Notes under the pieces: model-generated
Told to the model about the DNA's origin: nothing
What the model saw: only the letters and a program-made list of their open reading frames with translations
Databases searched by the model: none
Program-made: the position numbers and the translations under genes
In this document: piece by piece, positions 12,853-26,332 of the stretch
Numbering within the stretch: the stretch's first letter is position 1
Layout of the letters: every line of letters begins with the position of its first letter
Source: Monocercomonoides exilis PA203
Lineage: Eukaryota > Protista > Preaxostyla
Direction: 5' to 3'
Length of the DNA stretch: 64,000 nt
NCBI GenBank assembly: GCA_001643675.2
Contig: LSRY02000001.1
Location: 2,108,001-2,172,000 of the forward strand

Positions 12853-15800
12853 AAATGAGATTTCCAATTCTTTCAGAGCAACTTTGCTTTTTTTTATTTC
12901 ATACAGCATATATATTTGTGAATTTCATAGAATTTTTTTCTTATTTTTTCTTCCTCATTAATCGCATTGATAATGTGACTTAAAGTCAAAATGTGATTCA
13001 ATTATTTGTTTCATTTCATTCACAAATTTCTATTCAGCATCAAAAACATGCAAAACTCTTTCTTTCTGTTTGTTTGGAAACAAAAATTGAACAATCACTG
13101 AAGATAAAAAATCAAGTGAAATAAGTTGATCTTTTTTTCGTATTCTTGAAATAAAGTGGATCGTTAACAATTCACAAATCTGATCACATTTTCAGTAACA
13201 ACAAAAATTTTGTGTTTGAGGCAAAGTTCTTTGAAACTCTCATTGAGTCAATTGACAATATTTCATATAACCAATTTGAAAATGTGAAGAATTCTTTGAT
13301 AATGAAGTGTTTAGAGACCACTGTATGTGGATTTAAGGATCTGAAAGATTGAAAGGAAATAACATTTGTTCTTCATTTGTCGATATATGATAGTTCGATA
13401 AAACAAACCTGGTTTTTCAGTACACAAAAGACTGTCTTTTTTTGTGGAAAACGAAATCTTTCTTCATCCTCCTTCTTTTCGTTTTTTCAATCAGATTATG
13501 TTCACATGATGAAATCGTATTTATCTATTTATTCAGTTTGACATTGTCTGAAAATAAAACAATGAAAGTCATAGATTTTTTCCTTTCATCAATCTTTTCT
13601 CTCTTTTTCCTGTTTCACTTGAAGTTGAATTGAAAATCAAATGTGCTCCTTTTTATTATTTCCAACTCATTATTCATCAAGTTGTTTCACAGCCTCAATT
13701 TCAATGTTGCTCTTTGATCAACTTTTCATTTTTAACTGACATATCACTGTCATTGATTTTTTTATGAAGGAAAACAAATTCTTTCACATGCATGAAGTCA
13801 GTTTAACTTCAAACTGACACTTGATCAATGAATTCGTTTCTGTCAAGAGATTGGAAATCTTTGCTATTTGTGCAACAGAAATTGCAGATGAAGAAAGAGT
13901 CAACCATGTGTTGGATTCTTTGTGAAAAAATGCAGTGTTTGAGGAATCTGTTTCAGTTTGTTGTTTCTTTTCAAAGAAAAGATTTAACACGAACAATATT
14001 TGTGTAATATTGTTCCCAAATTTTATCGTTATGTTGAAATCATTCCATTTTTGAATGTTCCATTATTTGGAAATACCTCAAAAGATAATGCCAAACAAAT
14101 TATTAATAATACCATCTCTCAAAAAGCAACAATCAAATTTGCTATGAAATGAAATATTCCATCAATAAACTTCGAAAATAGATCTCATGAAATCCAATTC
14201 TCACAAATATTCAATTCCATCGTCAATCGAGCATATGGAAACTGAAGATAATTCTTAAAGAATGAATAACTGTTATGTGTGAATCGTTAACAAGAATAAA
14301 TCTTTTTCTCAGAGGAATTTAGAGTGAGATTTCAATATTCACCAATTCTCAACTGATGTTTCAGAATAAAAGTGACAAGAAATCCTTCATCCAATATCGA
14401 GAGGTTTCTATCAGAAAAAGTTATTGTTCCTCAATTGCTGAAAGAGATAAACACAAATAGATAGTACTGATATGTTGATGAATCAATTCAAACATGAATC
14501 ATTTTTTGTGATTTTTCGATTTTCAAATATTCAGCAATTTCTTTTTGAAACCATCTTTCTTCAAACTCACATGTTGATTGATCTTCATATTCGTCAATAA
14601 ACAAAAAGGAATTCACACTTTCTTTGTTTTCATAAATAACTATTGATTTGCTTTTTCTCCTCTTTTCTATGATTTCCTCCAAAGAATAAACGATTTTGTC
14701 TTTTCACACAATAACACACAAAATATGGTTTTTTTTCGGAAAAAAAAGAAATCAAACTGAAACATTTTCCACTTCAACTTTTGAAAAAGGAGTTAGAAAA
14801 CATTCTGAAAACACTTTCATGTCTCTCACAATTAACAACGTGTGCCAAAATTAACAGTGTTTCTGTGATAGAAAACAACAAAATCTTGAATTATCAAGTT
14901 CGTAGAAAATGAATCTATTCCATTTTCAAAATCCATTTCAATCACTTGTATTTTGGTGGAGTGTTTTGATGTGAGATTCTGTTCTCCAGTGTTTGAATAA
15001 GAAATGTTCAAACTCAACTGATAACTCTCTGCCAACTTTGTGTGCAATGAATGTCGTCTGTTTCAACTGCTCAGGAATTTGGAATTTCATTTTGATGACT
15101 CGTTTGAAATGAGCAGCATTCGTCTCCATGAAACATCCAAATCATCATCTGTTGAATCAGTAAATTGGATATCATCATGAATTTGAGTTTAATTTGTGAA
15201 TATGATTATGAGTGACTTGAATATTTATTGTTTTTATTGTGTTTGTGTTCCAATGATTTTTGAGTTTATTTGTTTGTCCGAAAAATGAAGTTCGAATATC
15301 AAATGTTTGTGCAACAATTATGACACTTATGAAAAGGATAAAAAAAGTTATCCACACTTCAAAGAAATATTAAACATTTTTTTGAATTTTCACAACTTAT
15401 TGTCCAGTATTTTGAGATCATCCAAATGATCCACAAATTGAGAAAATGAAGTTTTTTTAAATGGAAGCTCAAACGCCGTCAATCCATTTCCTTCTTCTGC
15501 AACATTTGAATCGATATTATGAGTTTTTTCTGATTCTTTTCATATGAGGATAATTCTTAAACAGAACACCTGAAAATTTTATTCTCATATTATTTGATAA
15601 TAATGATGGTGAACACTTCCAATTGCTGTGGACCATATGATAATTTCAATGAATGCGGATTATTGCATTTTTGTAAATACCAAATTAATCTCTCACTAAA
15701 TCCAGTTTATTGGAAATAGTTATTGACAACCATTCAAAAAAAAGAAAATATATCAGATTGGGTTATTTTTTTGAAAAGTCTCAAATAGATGACACAAAAT

Positions 15801-17229
15801 ATTATCAAACAGAACATTTTCATAACAATTTTTACAGCAAAATCATCAATCTACTCCACAAAGAAATGAAACTCTTATTTATTGTTGTCATATGGGACAA
15901 AATATTTGACTTCAGGCATTTTCATTGAAAAATTATGCACCTTTGATGATCTTTTTGTGATCAAAAAATTTGAAAAAAATGGGTTTATTTTTTGAAATAC
16001 ATGAGAGATCACACAACATAATGTCATTGCATCAATAACGTTTGTTTACAGTAATGATAGTCTAATTTATTTAGAAATATGATTATGTTTAATAATGTTA
16101 TAAGTAAAACAATTTTTTCAAACTTTGTGCATAAAAAGCTTGAAAGTCCGTATTTTCCCCCATATGTGCTTATCTGCTCAATAGAGTAATTTGATTGATT
16201 TGTTGCTAAAATGATTTTGAAAAGTGCTCTGTTTTGTTCAACTCAATTATTTAAGATCAGTGGCTTTTCAAAATAAATGCACAATAATATTTTTTCTTTT
16301 CGGAGAAACTTGGAACATTATCCAAACAGGATATTTTCACATAGAAATTTGCTCAACTTCAATTGAAAATGTTCCATTGTGATAATGTGCAATGTTTCTT
16401 ATAACTGAGAAAATTCAAATGGAACATAATATCACAAAATAATTTTGTGTCAAATATCTTTTTTCAATGAGATTTATCATGAAAACACATTTTCCACCTG
16501 CAAAAACTATTTTCATTATGACTTAGAATCGTCTTGATTTATATTAGCATTCATTTTTATAAACAGAAAAACAAAATTGTTAATCAATATTTCGGTTTTT
16601 TTTTTTGAAAAGACACAATTTATTATCAAAAAATAGTGATTATAAGTGTGATACTTTGTGATTTAATAAAAAAGAAAATGAATGAAAAATAGGCAAAATA
16701 TGTTCGTGCTCGGAATAATGTGTATATTACTGTTGTTGATTTTTGTCGAAGTGATTTAATCCGGTTTAGACTGTTATCAATTCAATTTCTTCACTTCACA
16801 TTTGAGAGACTGCAATTAATTTTTTGTTCTGTTTGTGATTCTTTTCTTCTTTAATTGATGTCCTCGTCATGACTCTCATTCATATTTCCAAGCTGAGTTT
16901 TTGTTCTGATGATGAGTGTGTTTGATAGCTGAGTCTTCTTCTCGCATTCTGAAGCCGACGTCATCAATAATTCCTTTCATTCCACTTTAACGTTATAGTG
17001 CTCTGTTTTTTTTTCATTTTCCCCAATAAATTCGTGTGATTCAATTAACTTCTGTCTCAATTCGTTCCATTGTTTCTCCTTCCGAATCGGCCTCTGTGTA
17101 TGTACACTTGGTCGTTTCAGTTTTCTTGGCTTCTGATTCTCTGTCTGTTGAGTCTCTCTCGTCTTCCCCATTTGCATTTTCCTTCAAATTGTTTCAAATT
17201 CATTTTCCACTCTGGTTAATAACTGGTTA

Positions 17230-19449
17230 TTGAAACAATGCTTAACCATGTATTTGTTCTTGGTGACAGTCGTGCAAACTATGAAATCTGCGCTAGTGGT
17301 ATATTGGCCATCGTCAACGCAAATAGAGTTGCTGATTTTAGATAGAAAGGTGTGGATATGTTTGAAATTCCTGATTTTTTCATAGCTTCTTTCTCCAGCT
17401 TTCTTATTCCCGAAACAGTCAGTGATACAAACTTTTCTGTGTCGAGAAAAAAATGAGAAGTTCTTCTATTCTTTTTTAGAACAATTGTCCATTACATCTC
17501 GATTGCTGGAACAGGGCAAATGAAAGGTTCTTCTGACAGAAAAGGAACTGCGATCTCAGTTCTTGTATTTGATGTTTTTAGGGAGGTACACAAATAAACA
17601 CCATCCTCTGTTATTCTAGACTGGGACATGTCCATCCTTACCAATTCACTGAACATGCAGGCAGAGAGAAGCTTTGTGAGAGCAATAACTTTCATGGAAA
17701 TATTTTTGAAGGAAAAAGTTTGGTTGGATCCGAGTTCATTGTAGAATTTTGGCAGTATTTTTGGATTCCATATCTCAGGCGCTGTCTTCTTTCTTGCAAT
17801 TTCTGTTTTCTTGAAAGAGCAAAAGAGTGTTCCAATAATTAAGATCTCTCCCAAGGCTGTGTTGAATCAGAGCGATGAGAAAAATGAAACCGCTGCTCTG
17901 ATCATTTGAAGGACAGAAACTTTCACCCCTTTGTTTTTAATGATAATAACACGTCTGCACATATTGCAGTCCACTCTGGTAAGTTGTCTGGTATTTCTGT
18001 GTGTCCGCATAATTTCCATTGTTCAGCAAAACGTGCAAAGCCGAAAAGGTATCCATCCCATGTGGATTGTGCAACGCCTTGTCTGCATTGCTCACCAAGC
18101 TCCTCCGAAATCTATCGTTCCTGTAAGGCTTGTTTCCAAAACTGTTGACCTTTTCTTTTGAGGGGTTCAGAAGAATGAGCCTGAGCTTCCCAGGAGGAAG
18201 ACATGCTCCTGTCTTCTTCATCGATGGACACTCCTTCAACTCCTTGAAGTTTTAATTCAGCTCCCAATTCTAGAAGTTGCAGCCACACAGAAGAACTTCC
18301 CAGTTCTGGACTTTCCAGTTTGGCAGGAGTTGAACAACCTGAGCCTTCTCCAACTGTACTTCCCGAACCACCATCTATATCAGCGGAACAGGATGATGAG
18401 CAAGAACACATTTTGAACTCCAAGGAACTGACTGCCCGTTTTTTGCAATGGGGCTTCAAAAGCCATACCATTTTTCCAGCTAGTGATTGTGATAAGCGCC
18501 AATGCATAGAGTGTTGATCTGACTTTTGTTAATGCGATAATTCCTTAAAGAGCTTCTTCTGTCATTCAATAATCCCCCACCTGCTCAAACCAAGATAGTA
18601 AATCCGCTGTGCTATTCTTCTGTCCCGGAATGTGACGAGCTCTCAACTGAATTTCCATCTTCTCTTTCCATGTCAATATCCTGTGAAGGACAGGACTGAG
18701 ATTATTTCCCTCATTCCACCGATTAGTATTGAATACAGCCGAGCTGTTATCTGACCTCAACAATAGGTTCTTGATCTTGTGATATTTGATTGCTGGCGAG
18801 AAATGTTGAAGAGCCAACTGCACAGCCAACTGTTCCCTGTTGTTTGATGATTTGCTGCGAGCGTGCTTGTTGAATTTTGCATGCCAGTCCAGAATCATGT
18901 TGTTGATGCGAAGTGTTGCTCCCATTGCTAACTCCGATGCATCCGTTGTTAACGTTGCTTTAGGAGATGCATCGTTAACATTGTCGAGACTTGTTCAGGA
19001 TCAATACGCATTGACACTTCTGAATCTCCCTCAACACAAAAACATTCATCTTCGTCATCCCGCTCCATCCATATATCTTGGTATTCTTCTGAAGGAAACG
19101 ATGAAGAGCTATGAGGGAAAGTGACGCATCCTGGAATACGAATCTTTCTGTGCAGAGCCTTCCATTAATGAGGCAAAATCCTTTATTCGGACTGTTTTGG
19201 CTCTTATTGTCTTCACTCTCCATTGACTCAACATCGCTTTGAGGGATCCCAACCTCTCCTCGCACAATTGAACCGTGAATGCTTCCGTGTCCCATGCAAA
19301 CCCCAGAAAAGAGAACTTTCTCCTCGGAGTTAATGAACATTTGTTTTTGTTGACAATAAAGCCCAGATTTTCCAAAAAGGAAGTCATCTCGCTTGCGATT
19401 TTTTTCAACATATTGAATTCTTGATGCAGGAGAATCAGATCGTCCAAGT
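17230..19449 (-). mobile_element. DIRS-type (tyrosine recombinase) retrotransposon, 3' part: RT C-terminus, RNase H, methyltransferase-like domain, YR; decayed
   Basis: RT: LDDLILL..LGFIVNKNKCSLTP..FLGFAWDT. RNase H: TTDAS..GATL, NNREQLAV, SDNSSAV, HIPGQKNSTADLLS. MT-like: PWSSKCVLAHHPVPLI*..LLPNWKVQNW (~18290-18445). YR: IWNP..KVIAL..FSEL..KTS..ICPV and a SATL..FARLS C-terminal box. Confidence 0.85.
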
Positions 19450-22400
19450 GATCCTGTGTGACATGACACGAAAAATTGGAAAAAACTCAAAAATGACAGA
19501 CATGATCTTTTCAATTTGTCATTTTTTTTGTCACTCAAATTAATAAAGTGAAAATAAAAACAATTGCTTATCATTTCGTTTTGATACGACAATTTTCTTT
19601 TTTATGTTTTAATATCTTATTAAACTCGACTTTCCATAAAAATCAAACCAATTTCAAATCTTTTTTTGGAAGTGACAAATTGATCAAATAAATATATTGT
19701 GGTTTTGCCACTTGTCAGATCTATCACTGACAAGTCAGATCTGTCATTTTGTCATTTTTGAAAATACTCCTTCATTTGATCTAAAACCGAAAAGCCATTG
19801 CATTTTATAAATTTGTGAGGGATATTCTCATTTGTCACAAAACGATCTGACAAATTGAAATTTATTTTGTTTTTATTTTATAATAATCTTTTAAATTGTT
19901 CAAATAGTTTTTTGTTTCTAGAATTCTTTATATTGATAAACATTTTTTGTTCATTGTTAATTCGAAATCATAGAGCACTAAATATTTTGCAGATTTACAC
20001 TTTATCGCTTTTATTTTCACTAAAAGTCTTTCCAAACATTTGCAGTTATACAAAAAAGACTTATTTGTGAAGTTTACGAAAATTATAATAAATTAACGTT
20101 TTTTGAACAATTTTTCATCAGCAACGTTAAACAAGTGCCAAACATATATCTTTTGATAATTAAAAATTAATTTTCTTTTTTCGATTTTAGCAAGAGTTTT
20201 TGAAAAAATATTTTTTGAAAAAGAAAATGATAATGCTGAAATCATCGTTCCATGAATAAAATTTTAACATGTTTTTTATTTATAAATAAGCATTCCATCT
20301 TTAAAGCTCCCTCTCTTTATCTTCTTTGTCTTATTTCTTTTGCACAGCAGCATGAACAGAGAATCTCGCAGATCAACAATCAGCTTCTTATGAGGAGAAG
20401 AACAGGCCATTGCATCCACCAGATTCGACATCGATGAGGTGGTTGGACACAGATCCTCCCCACGAACAAATGTTGAATCTGAATCTGTTGTTGAAGTGGA
20501 TGAAATGGATGGTGATGGTGATCTCTTTCGAATCTCTTCTTCTTCTTTCTCATCCACTTTCTCCAGCATCCATTGTGGGATCTTATCTGAATCTCTTCCC
20601 AATATGTATTCAGTCGATCCGCTCTCTGACAGAAGATGCTCAGATGACTCTGAATGTTCCATATTCGTCTCATACACTCTCTTCTTTATCCTCTCTTCAT
20701 TCTTCTTCTCTGCTTCTCTCTCCGCTCTCCTCCAATGTTCCTCATAAGACATTTCCATCGCAATCGTCTCAAACGCCTTTGGATCGTTCTGCACCGCTTC
20801 AGCCACGATCCGCTTCAAGCTTTTGTTCTCGTTCAACTCTTTCAGCTGACGCACATCCAGAAGCTAAGAAAAGCTAGCAGTTGTCATCGATTAGAAATAC
20901 CAGCCAGAGTGGAGGTGCCGGTGTGGCTGCTTCTGCCAAATGGCTCGTTCTGGCAGTCTCTGACCTGTTTTTAAGGACGAGGTGTGGTGTTGCACACTGC
21001 TAGCCATCAACAACGCCAAACATAAAAAAAACGGCGAGATCACATGAAAGGAGTGTGCAAAGGCAAATATGGCCAGCAGGGACGAGCTCACGAGTTTCAT
21101 TCTCCAACTTTCACATATCATCTGCGAACTCGTGTTTTTCAATCACATTCGCGCCATCAATGCTTGTGACGAGAAGGAAGGCGAATAATCTGGGCAGGAG
21201 GAACGAGTGGCCGAGGGTGAGTTCCATGTGGCTGCCATTCTCCTGGTCTGCAACAGACGACAGCATAAGGAAGAAGAATGTAGGGTTGAGGTTGGAGATG
21301 ATTCCGGTCATGATACACTCCTCGTTGTGGATCCACTAAAAAAAGATGTTGAAGTGTAGTCACATTTTATCAAACTCACCAGTGTTAGTGATTCCTCATC
21401 GGAGCTAATGACATTTCGGAATACAGATGGATAGTCACTGGCTAAAGTGTTGCTGCAAGAAAAGGGCCAGTTGCTTACAAACTTTGCTTTGTAGATGTGA
21501 AATGCGTCACAAGAGACAGACGACGCTCCATTATATGCGCTTGTCATTAAGTGATTGCTGATGGAGGTTGTTAAGTTGAACAGAAAAACTGATTATGCAA
21601 TCTCCGCTGCTTCCTTTTATTGCTGTTGGACATTTGGTGGGAGCTCTCCTAAATCGCAAATCTCGTTATCGATTGGCTGCTTTGTTTAAACTTTCAACAC
21701 TTCATTGTTGTGGCTGTTCTTATGCTTCGTAGGTGGAAGATGGAATACATTGCAAGGATGAGGGAAAGTCGCAGAACATACAGAAGATCGGAAGTTTGTT
21801 CGAATAAATTTTTCAATAGAAAGACGAGCCTGAAGAGAAGCAATATGCGCTGCGGCTGTCGCACGGATACAAAAGATACTGAACAACAAAAACACCAGAT
21901 GCTCAGCTTACACGCTTTGTGCCGAGGATCTCTTGAAGCGGCGTATCTTAGAGGTCTCGGCAAACAGATGGACGTATTTTAGTTTCATCTTTGAGAGGGT
22001 GATTTGTTCGGAGGCGAGGAAAAGGAAAGGCAGGAGAGCAAACGCGATGTGCAGGATGGATCCATTATCGAATCTCAAGTGTCCATTCTCGACAGCGATC
22101 AACGAGGAGTTGAGGAGCACTTTGCATGCAGCTGGCGAGGTGGTTGATGAGGAAACTGAAGAAGAAGCAAACCAAACAACGAAGATCTAAAGAAGAACAT
22201 CAGCGTTAAGCATTACACCACTGTTTAAGTGCGAAAAAAATGGGAAAAAGAGGAAGAAGAAACTTTCGTTCTTTATGTTTGAAGAGATTGCGAGGACGGT
22301 GTGTATGCGCTTGATTGTGGAGCAGAGGGGTCCGAGAGCAAATGAAAGAGGCTCGAGCAAGTGGATACTCAATAAGGATGTTCCTCGCATTTTTGTTAAA

Positions 22401-23814
22401 TTTAGGAAAACTTCTTGGTAAAGCTCAACTCAATAACAATAATCTGCCCAACTTCACTGATCCATATTTTTCCTTCATCTGTACTCTTCGCTATATGCAA
22501 TTCGCACTCATTCCAGCTAAATACTCTTCAGTGTCACATTTTTCAAATTCAATTTTGTTGATAATTGTGCAGAAGCAATATCAATTGATAATAGCAGCGA
22601 TTGAATAGTCACAAATTCTGATTGAGCTGTGCCTCCTTCTGCCTTGATCAGCCCATGATCTGTCAATTCTTCTCTCTCATCTCCTTTTTTGGTGAATGAG
22701 CAGTCTTTCACAGTCAACAATCCCTCGCTTGATCCAACATGCATCAAAACATCCACTCCACTTGCGAATGAAGATGGAATCACAAACTTCATCAGTTCGA
22801 AATTGGTGATGCCACAAATCTTCATTGCTGCTCCTTCTGCTCCTTCAAGCGATGAGACACATTCCAATGAGCACATGCTGCTCTCATCCGATTTCACTGA
22901 TATTCCACTCACATCAACACTCTTCCGAAGATACCCTTTTCCAATGATGCTGACATTCCTTTCATTTCCTTCTGGCAATCGATCCAATGAATAATCCATC
23001 GACAGACACGGATAATCTGAGAATCCACACACACACACATCACAACCTTCGCTCCCAATAAATATCTCTGATCCAATTGCTCGCCAGAAATTGACCAGCG
23101 GAATGGCATTCGTTGTGTCACTCCCATCAAAGCCTCTCATAGAATCCAACGAAATATCTGCCAGATGCCCAGTCACATATGGAAGAGAGGTGTTTGTGAT
23201 GCTCTTTGTCAAGTTTGGCGATTCAACAAACAGGTCATTTCCATGTCTGGCAACATTCGGCTTGTCTGCCTCAAAAACAGGGGATGAGATCACAAATGAA
23301 GAAAAGCCATCAATCAGCTTCAGTGCCATCCCTCCCCCAAACCCAATCTTCCGTTCTTCTGCTGGTGCTGTGCATCCTTTCATCTGAAAATAACAACAAC
23401 CAATAAAATATTTCAATCGCTTATGTCATGTGACTTATTGCATTTGTTCGGCTTATAATTAAATATTCGAAAAGTGTGCTGAATGAAACCTTGACTTCAT
23501 CAACTACAAAATAGTAAATATTGTATTGATTTCCAAAGGCAATCTTGCAACTTAAGAGATTTATGACTTTTTGAACCTGCATTCTATCAGCGAATAAAGA
23601 ATTTTTCAAAAACATTTGAATAAAATTTTTAAAAAATGGTTTTTTGAACAAATTAAAAAACATTGAAAAAGAAATATTTAGGAATGACCAAAGATAATTA
23701 TGTTGTTTCCATTTTTTATTTATCAATAAAAATTATTATATAAAATTCACAATGGGTTTTATTGATCAGAAATGACTGACAAAACATTCTCGATTTGTCA
23801 TGTCACACTGGCTT
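19450..23814. mobile_element. Non-autonomous TIR element (Pack-MULE-like) with captured gene fragment
   Basis: Imperfect 19-bp TIRs: left GATCCTGTGTGACATGACA, right reverse complement AAGCCAGTGTGACATGACA. Flanking direct repeat TCGTCCAAGT(G) at 19440 and 23815. TGACA/TGTCA-rich subterminal arm. No transposase inside. Confidence 0.8.
20295..23383 (-). pseudogene. Captured, decayed C-terminal fragment of a beta-helix receptor family member (paralog of 30967..38754)
   Basis: Colinear matches to the 2595-aa protein: GCTAPAEERKIGFGGG...; LLNSSLIAVENGHL vs VLNSTLLSIANGIL; YPSVFRNVISSD vs YPSLRRNIICSD; WRRAEREAEKKNEERIKKRVY...LIVDLRDSLFMLL. Contains stops, frameshifts and deletions. Confidence 0.85.
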
Positions 23815-25300
23815 TCGTCCAAGTGTGATATCACTCTCACATTCCATTTTCTTTTGATTTCTGTTGTGACTTTCCTCATCACTTTTGTGAAACACCTTGG
23901 AGCATCTGTGTATCCAAGCAGCATGCCGTTGAAAGCGTAGTCGATTCCTTCGAATCTGAATGTAACATTCTGTCTGAGTTCCTTCGAAACTGGAATTAGA
24001 TGATAGGCTTGAGACAAATTTATTGTTACCGCGAAATCGTTCTTCATAATCTAACTTTCTTCTGATATTTCGTTCAAGCATTTGAGATTAGATTTCTTGG
24101 TTGCTGCATTCAGAATTCGACAATTCAAAATCTGCTTCCAGGCTCCGGACTTCTTCCGAATGAGGAAAATATTGTTCCGAAAATTCCACCTCCTTTGGAA
24201 AAATCCTGCTTTCAATCCATGTTTCCAGCTTTTTTTATTCTGCCTTTCAAAAATCCATCTTTTGGTTCCTGCTCATAAAAGATGCTTCGTACATGAATGT
24301 CATTTTTTTCCATTCCATCTTTTGCTCTGCGATTGCGCCAATAAGCCTTGACTCAATTTATTTATTAATTTTCCCCCGTCCAATTTTCTCCATTCTTGAT
24401 TATGGTCCAATATCAAACCTCCAATCTTTTCTTCCTCTGGATTCTTTCTCGTCTGTATTTCTTCAAATTCTTCTGCAGTCCAGCGGTTCGTCTTGTTGAG
24501 CTTTTCTTCCAATAGTCTCTCCTTGCTCCTGTGCTTCGAAACATGGACGACAGGGGTCTTCCCTGAAAAAACTTTTTCCCTCTGGAAATTTGAAGCCTCT
24601 GGTTATGTTTTTTAAAATGAACTGCTCTTTGAAGAAGAATATATATACACATGTCCCTGTTGTCTTTTCTGTTCTATCTAAAGTTCTCGCAGTATCTGTT
24701 CATGATGCTGGGTTTGCAGGCCTCCTGATATTTCTGATTCAATCTTTTATGTCGAGCGAAAACTGAATCTTCCTTCGATTCTGCACTTCCTTGCTTCATG
24801 AAGTGCTTGGGATACCATTATAATTACATCCTTGATCATTTGTTCGCAGCTCTCTTCCTCGTCGCTCTTGATTTGAATTGACATTTGTGATGCCTTTTAT
24901 GATGGATATAAAAAATTTTCAACACGTTCGTCTGCTCTATCAAAGGCATCCCGATTCCAAATGGACGTTCTGCTTGATGCTGGAGGAGATGCTTGTGAAA
25001 CCGGGCTGAAATCCTGTTCGTTGTAACAGGTTGCAATGTCCTCTTTCATTGTCTTTGGTATTTGTTAATCAAAAAGGGAAGCTGTTGGTTCGACACCAAA
25101 TATTGATTTGAACAAATCATCAATTGTTCGAGAATCTGGTGCTTCGGGTGAGATGGGTGAAGGCTGTAGCTCTAATTCAGATTGTGAGAAAATATTTGAA
25201 GAAAGATGTTGGGATCTGGGAGCTTCTGCTTTGGAAACTCGTTGGCCCACCGATCTGCATAGCAGAACAAGTCAAAAGTGCAAGTTCAGCTTGTAATGGT
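23815..25300 (-). mobile_element. DIRS-type retrotransposon, 5' part (gag-like remnant plus RT N-terminus)
   Basis: IGGLILDHNQEW; KKSGAWKQILNCRILN; INLSQAYHLIPV..FNGMLLGYTDAPRCFTKVM..VISHLD, which continues at 19449 as DLILL. The upstream boundary and gag identity are approximate. Confidence 0.8.
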
Positions 25301-25478
25301 ATTCGCGAGGAGCCAAACATTTTTGATCACGAAAAGTGACATGACCCTTTAAGTGGCATCTCTTGACAAGAAGAAAAGAAAATGATTTGAAGATTATCTT
25401 TTCAATAAAACTGTTCTTCATTTAAATGCTGAAAACAATGGCTCTCAATTTATTCAACGCTATTAAAAAAGGTTATGT

Positions 25479-25718
25479 GGGTGATTCTTTTTGAAAAGTC
25501 ACAAATGCTTTGTTTTCAAATATATCAAAAATTTCCTAATTTGCTCAAATTTCTGTTTCAGCTCACAAATCTCCTCATGAATGTTTGAAATAGCTTAATC
25601 AAGTTATAGATTCCATTTAAGTTTAGTTTGATATTTGTTAATAAAATATTTAGCAGATTATGAAATTTTAGATTTATTTGAAAATTTAACATCTGTGACT
25701 TTTCAAAAAGAATCACCC
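25479..25718. mobile_element. 240-bp MITE, copy 1
   Basis: TIR GGGTGATTCTTTTTGAAAAGTCACA at both ends. Same length as and similar interior to the copy at 53255..53494. TSD not conserved here. Confidence 0.9.
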
Positions 25719-26332
25719 AAATTATTGATCGTTAAAAAAAATTGTTCTGTGTATGCCAGAATTCTTAAAAATGATTAAAACTTAAAAAATATCACTTTAT
25801 CAGTTTTCTGTCTTTTCGAACCTTCCAAATCGAAACAAAAAAGTTCCACTTATCCCTGTTTTGCACCTGTTCGAAACAAGAACACTTTTCTTTTGCGGAA
25901 ATATCTTTGAAATTGTGCTTCGAAATATTTAATTTATTTCATTTTTTTTTATTTCTATTGATTATTTTTTCATAATTTTTTTTCTAATTTCTCATCCAAA
26001 ACTGGTGAGTGTGAAATTCAAAAATATATCTGTTCTCTCATTACCATAGGATTTGCATTCATTTTTGTTTTTTCATTTATGTTTTGAACCATGAATTAGT
26101 TTCAGATTTTTTGTTTTTTATCTATCTTCTTTTTTCCTTCAAATTTGATTTTATTTAACCATTTATTTTTTGTGAACTTTAAATAATTCAGATGGATCAA
26201 AAATCAGCTGTATTGAAACTCTGAAAAAACATGTTAGATAGACGTTTGCATTATTTAATTTTTAATTTTCATCATTATTGAATTTGACTCAACCGTGAAG
26301 TTTTATTTGCGGAGGGTCAACTTTAAAATGGG

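Noticed and set aside
13050-16700. Possible highly eroded surface-protein gene on the minus strand
   Set aside because: Only short ORFs and faint motif resemblance; no alignment I can defend by eye.
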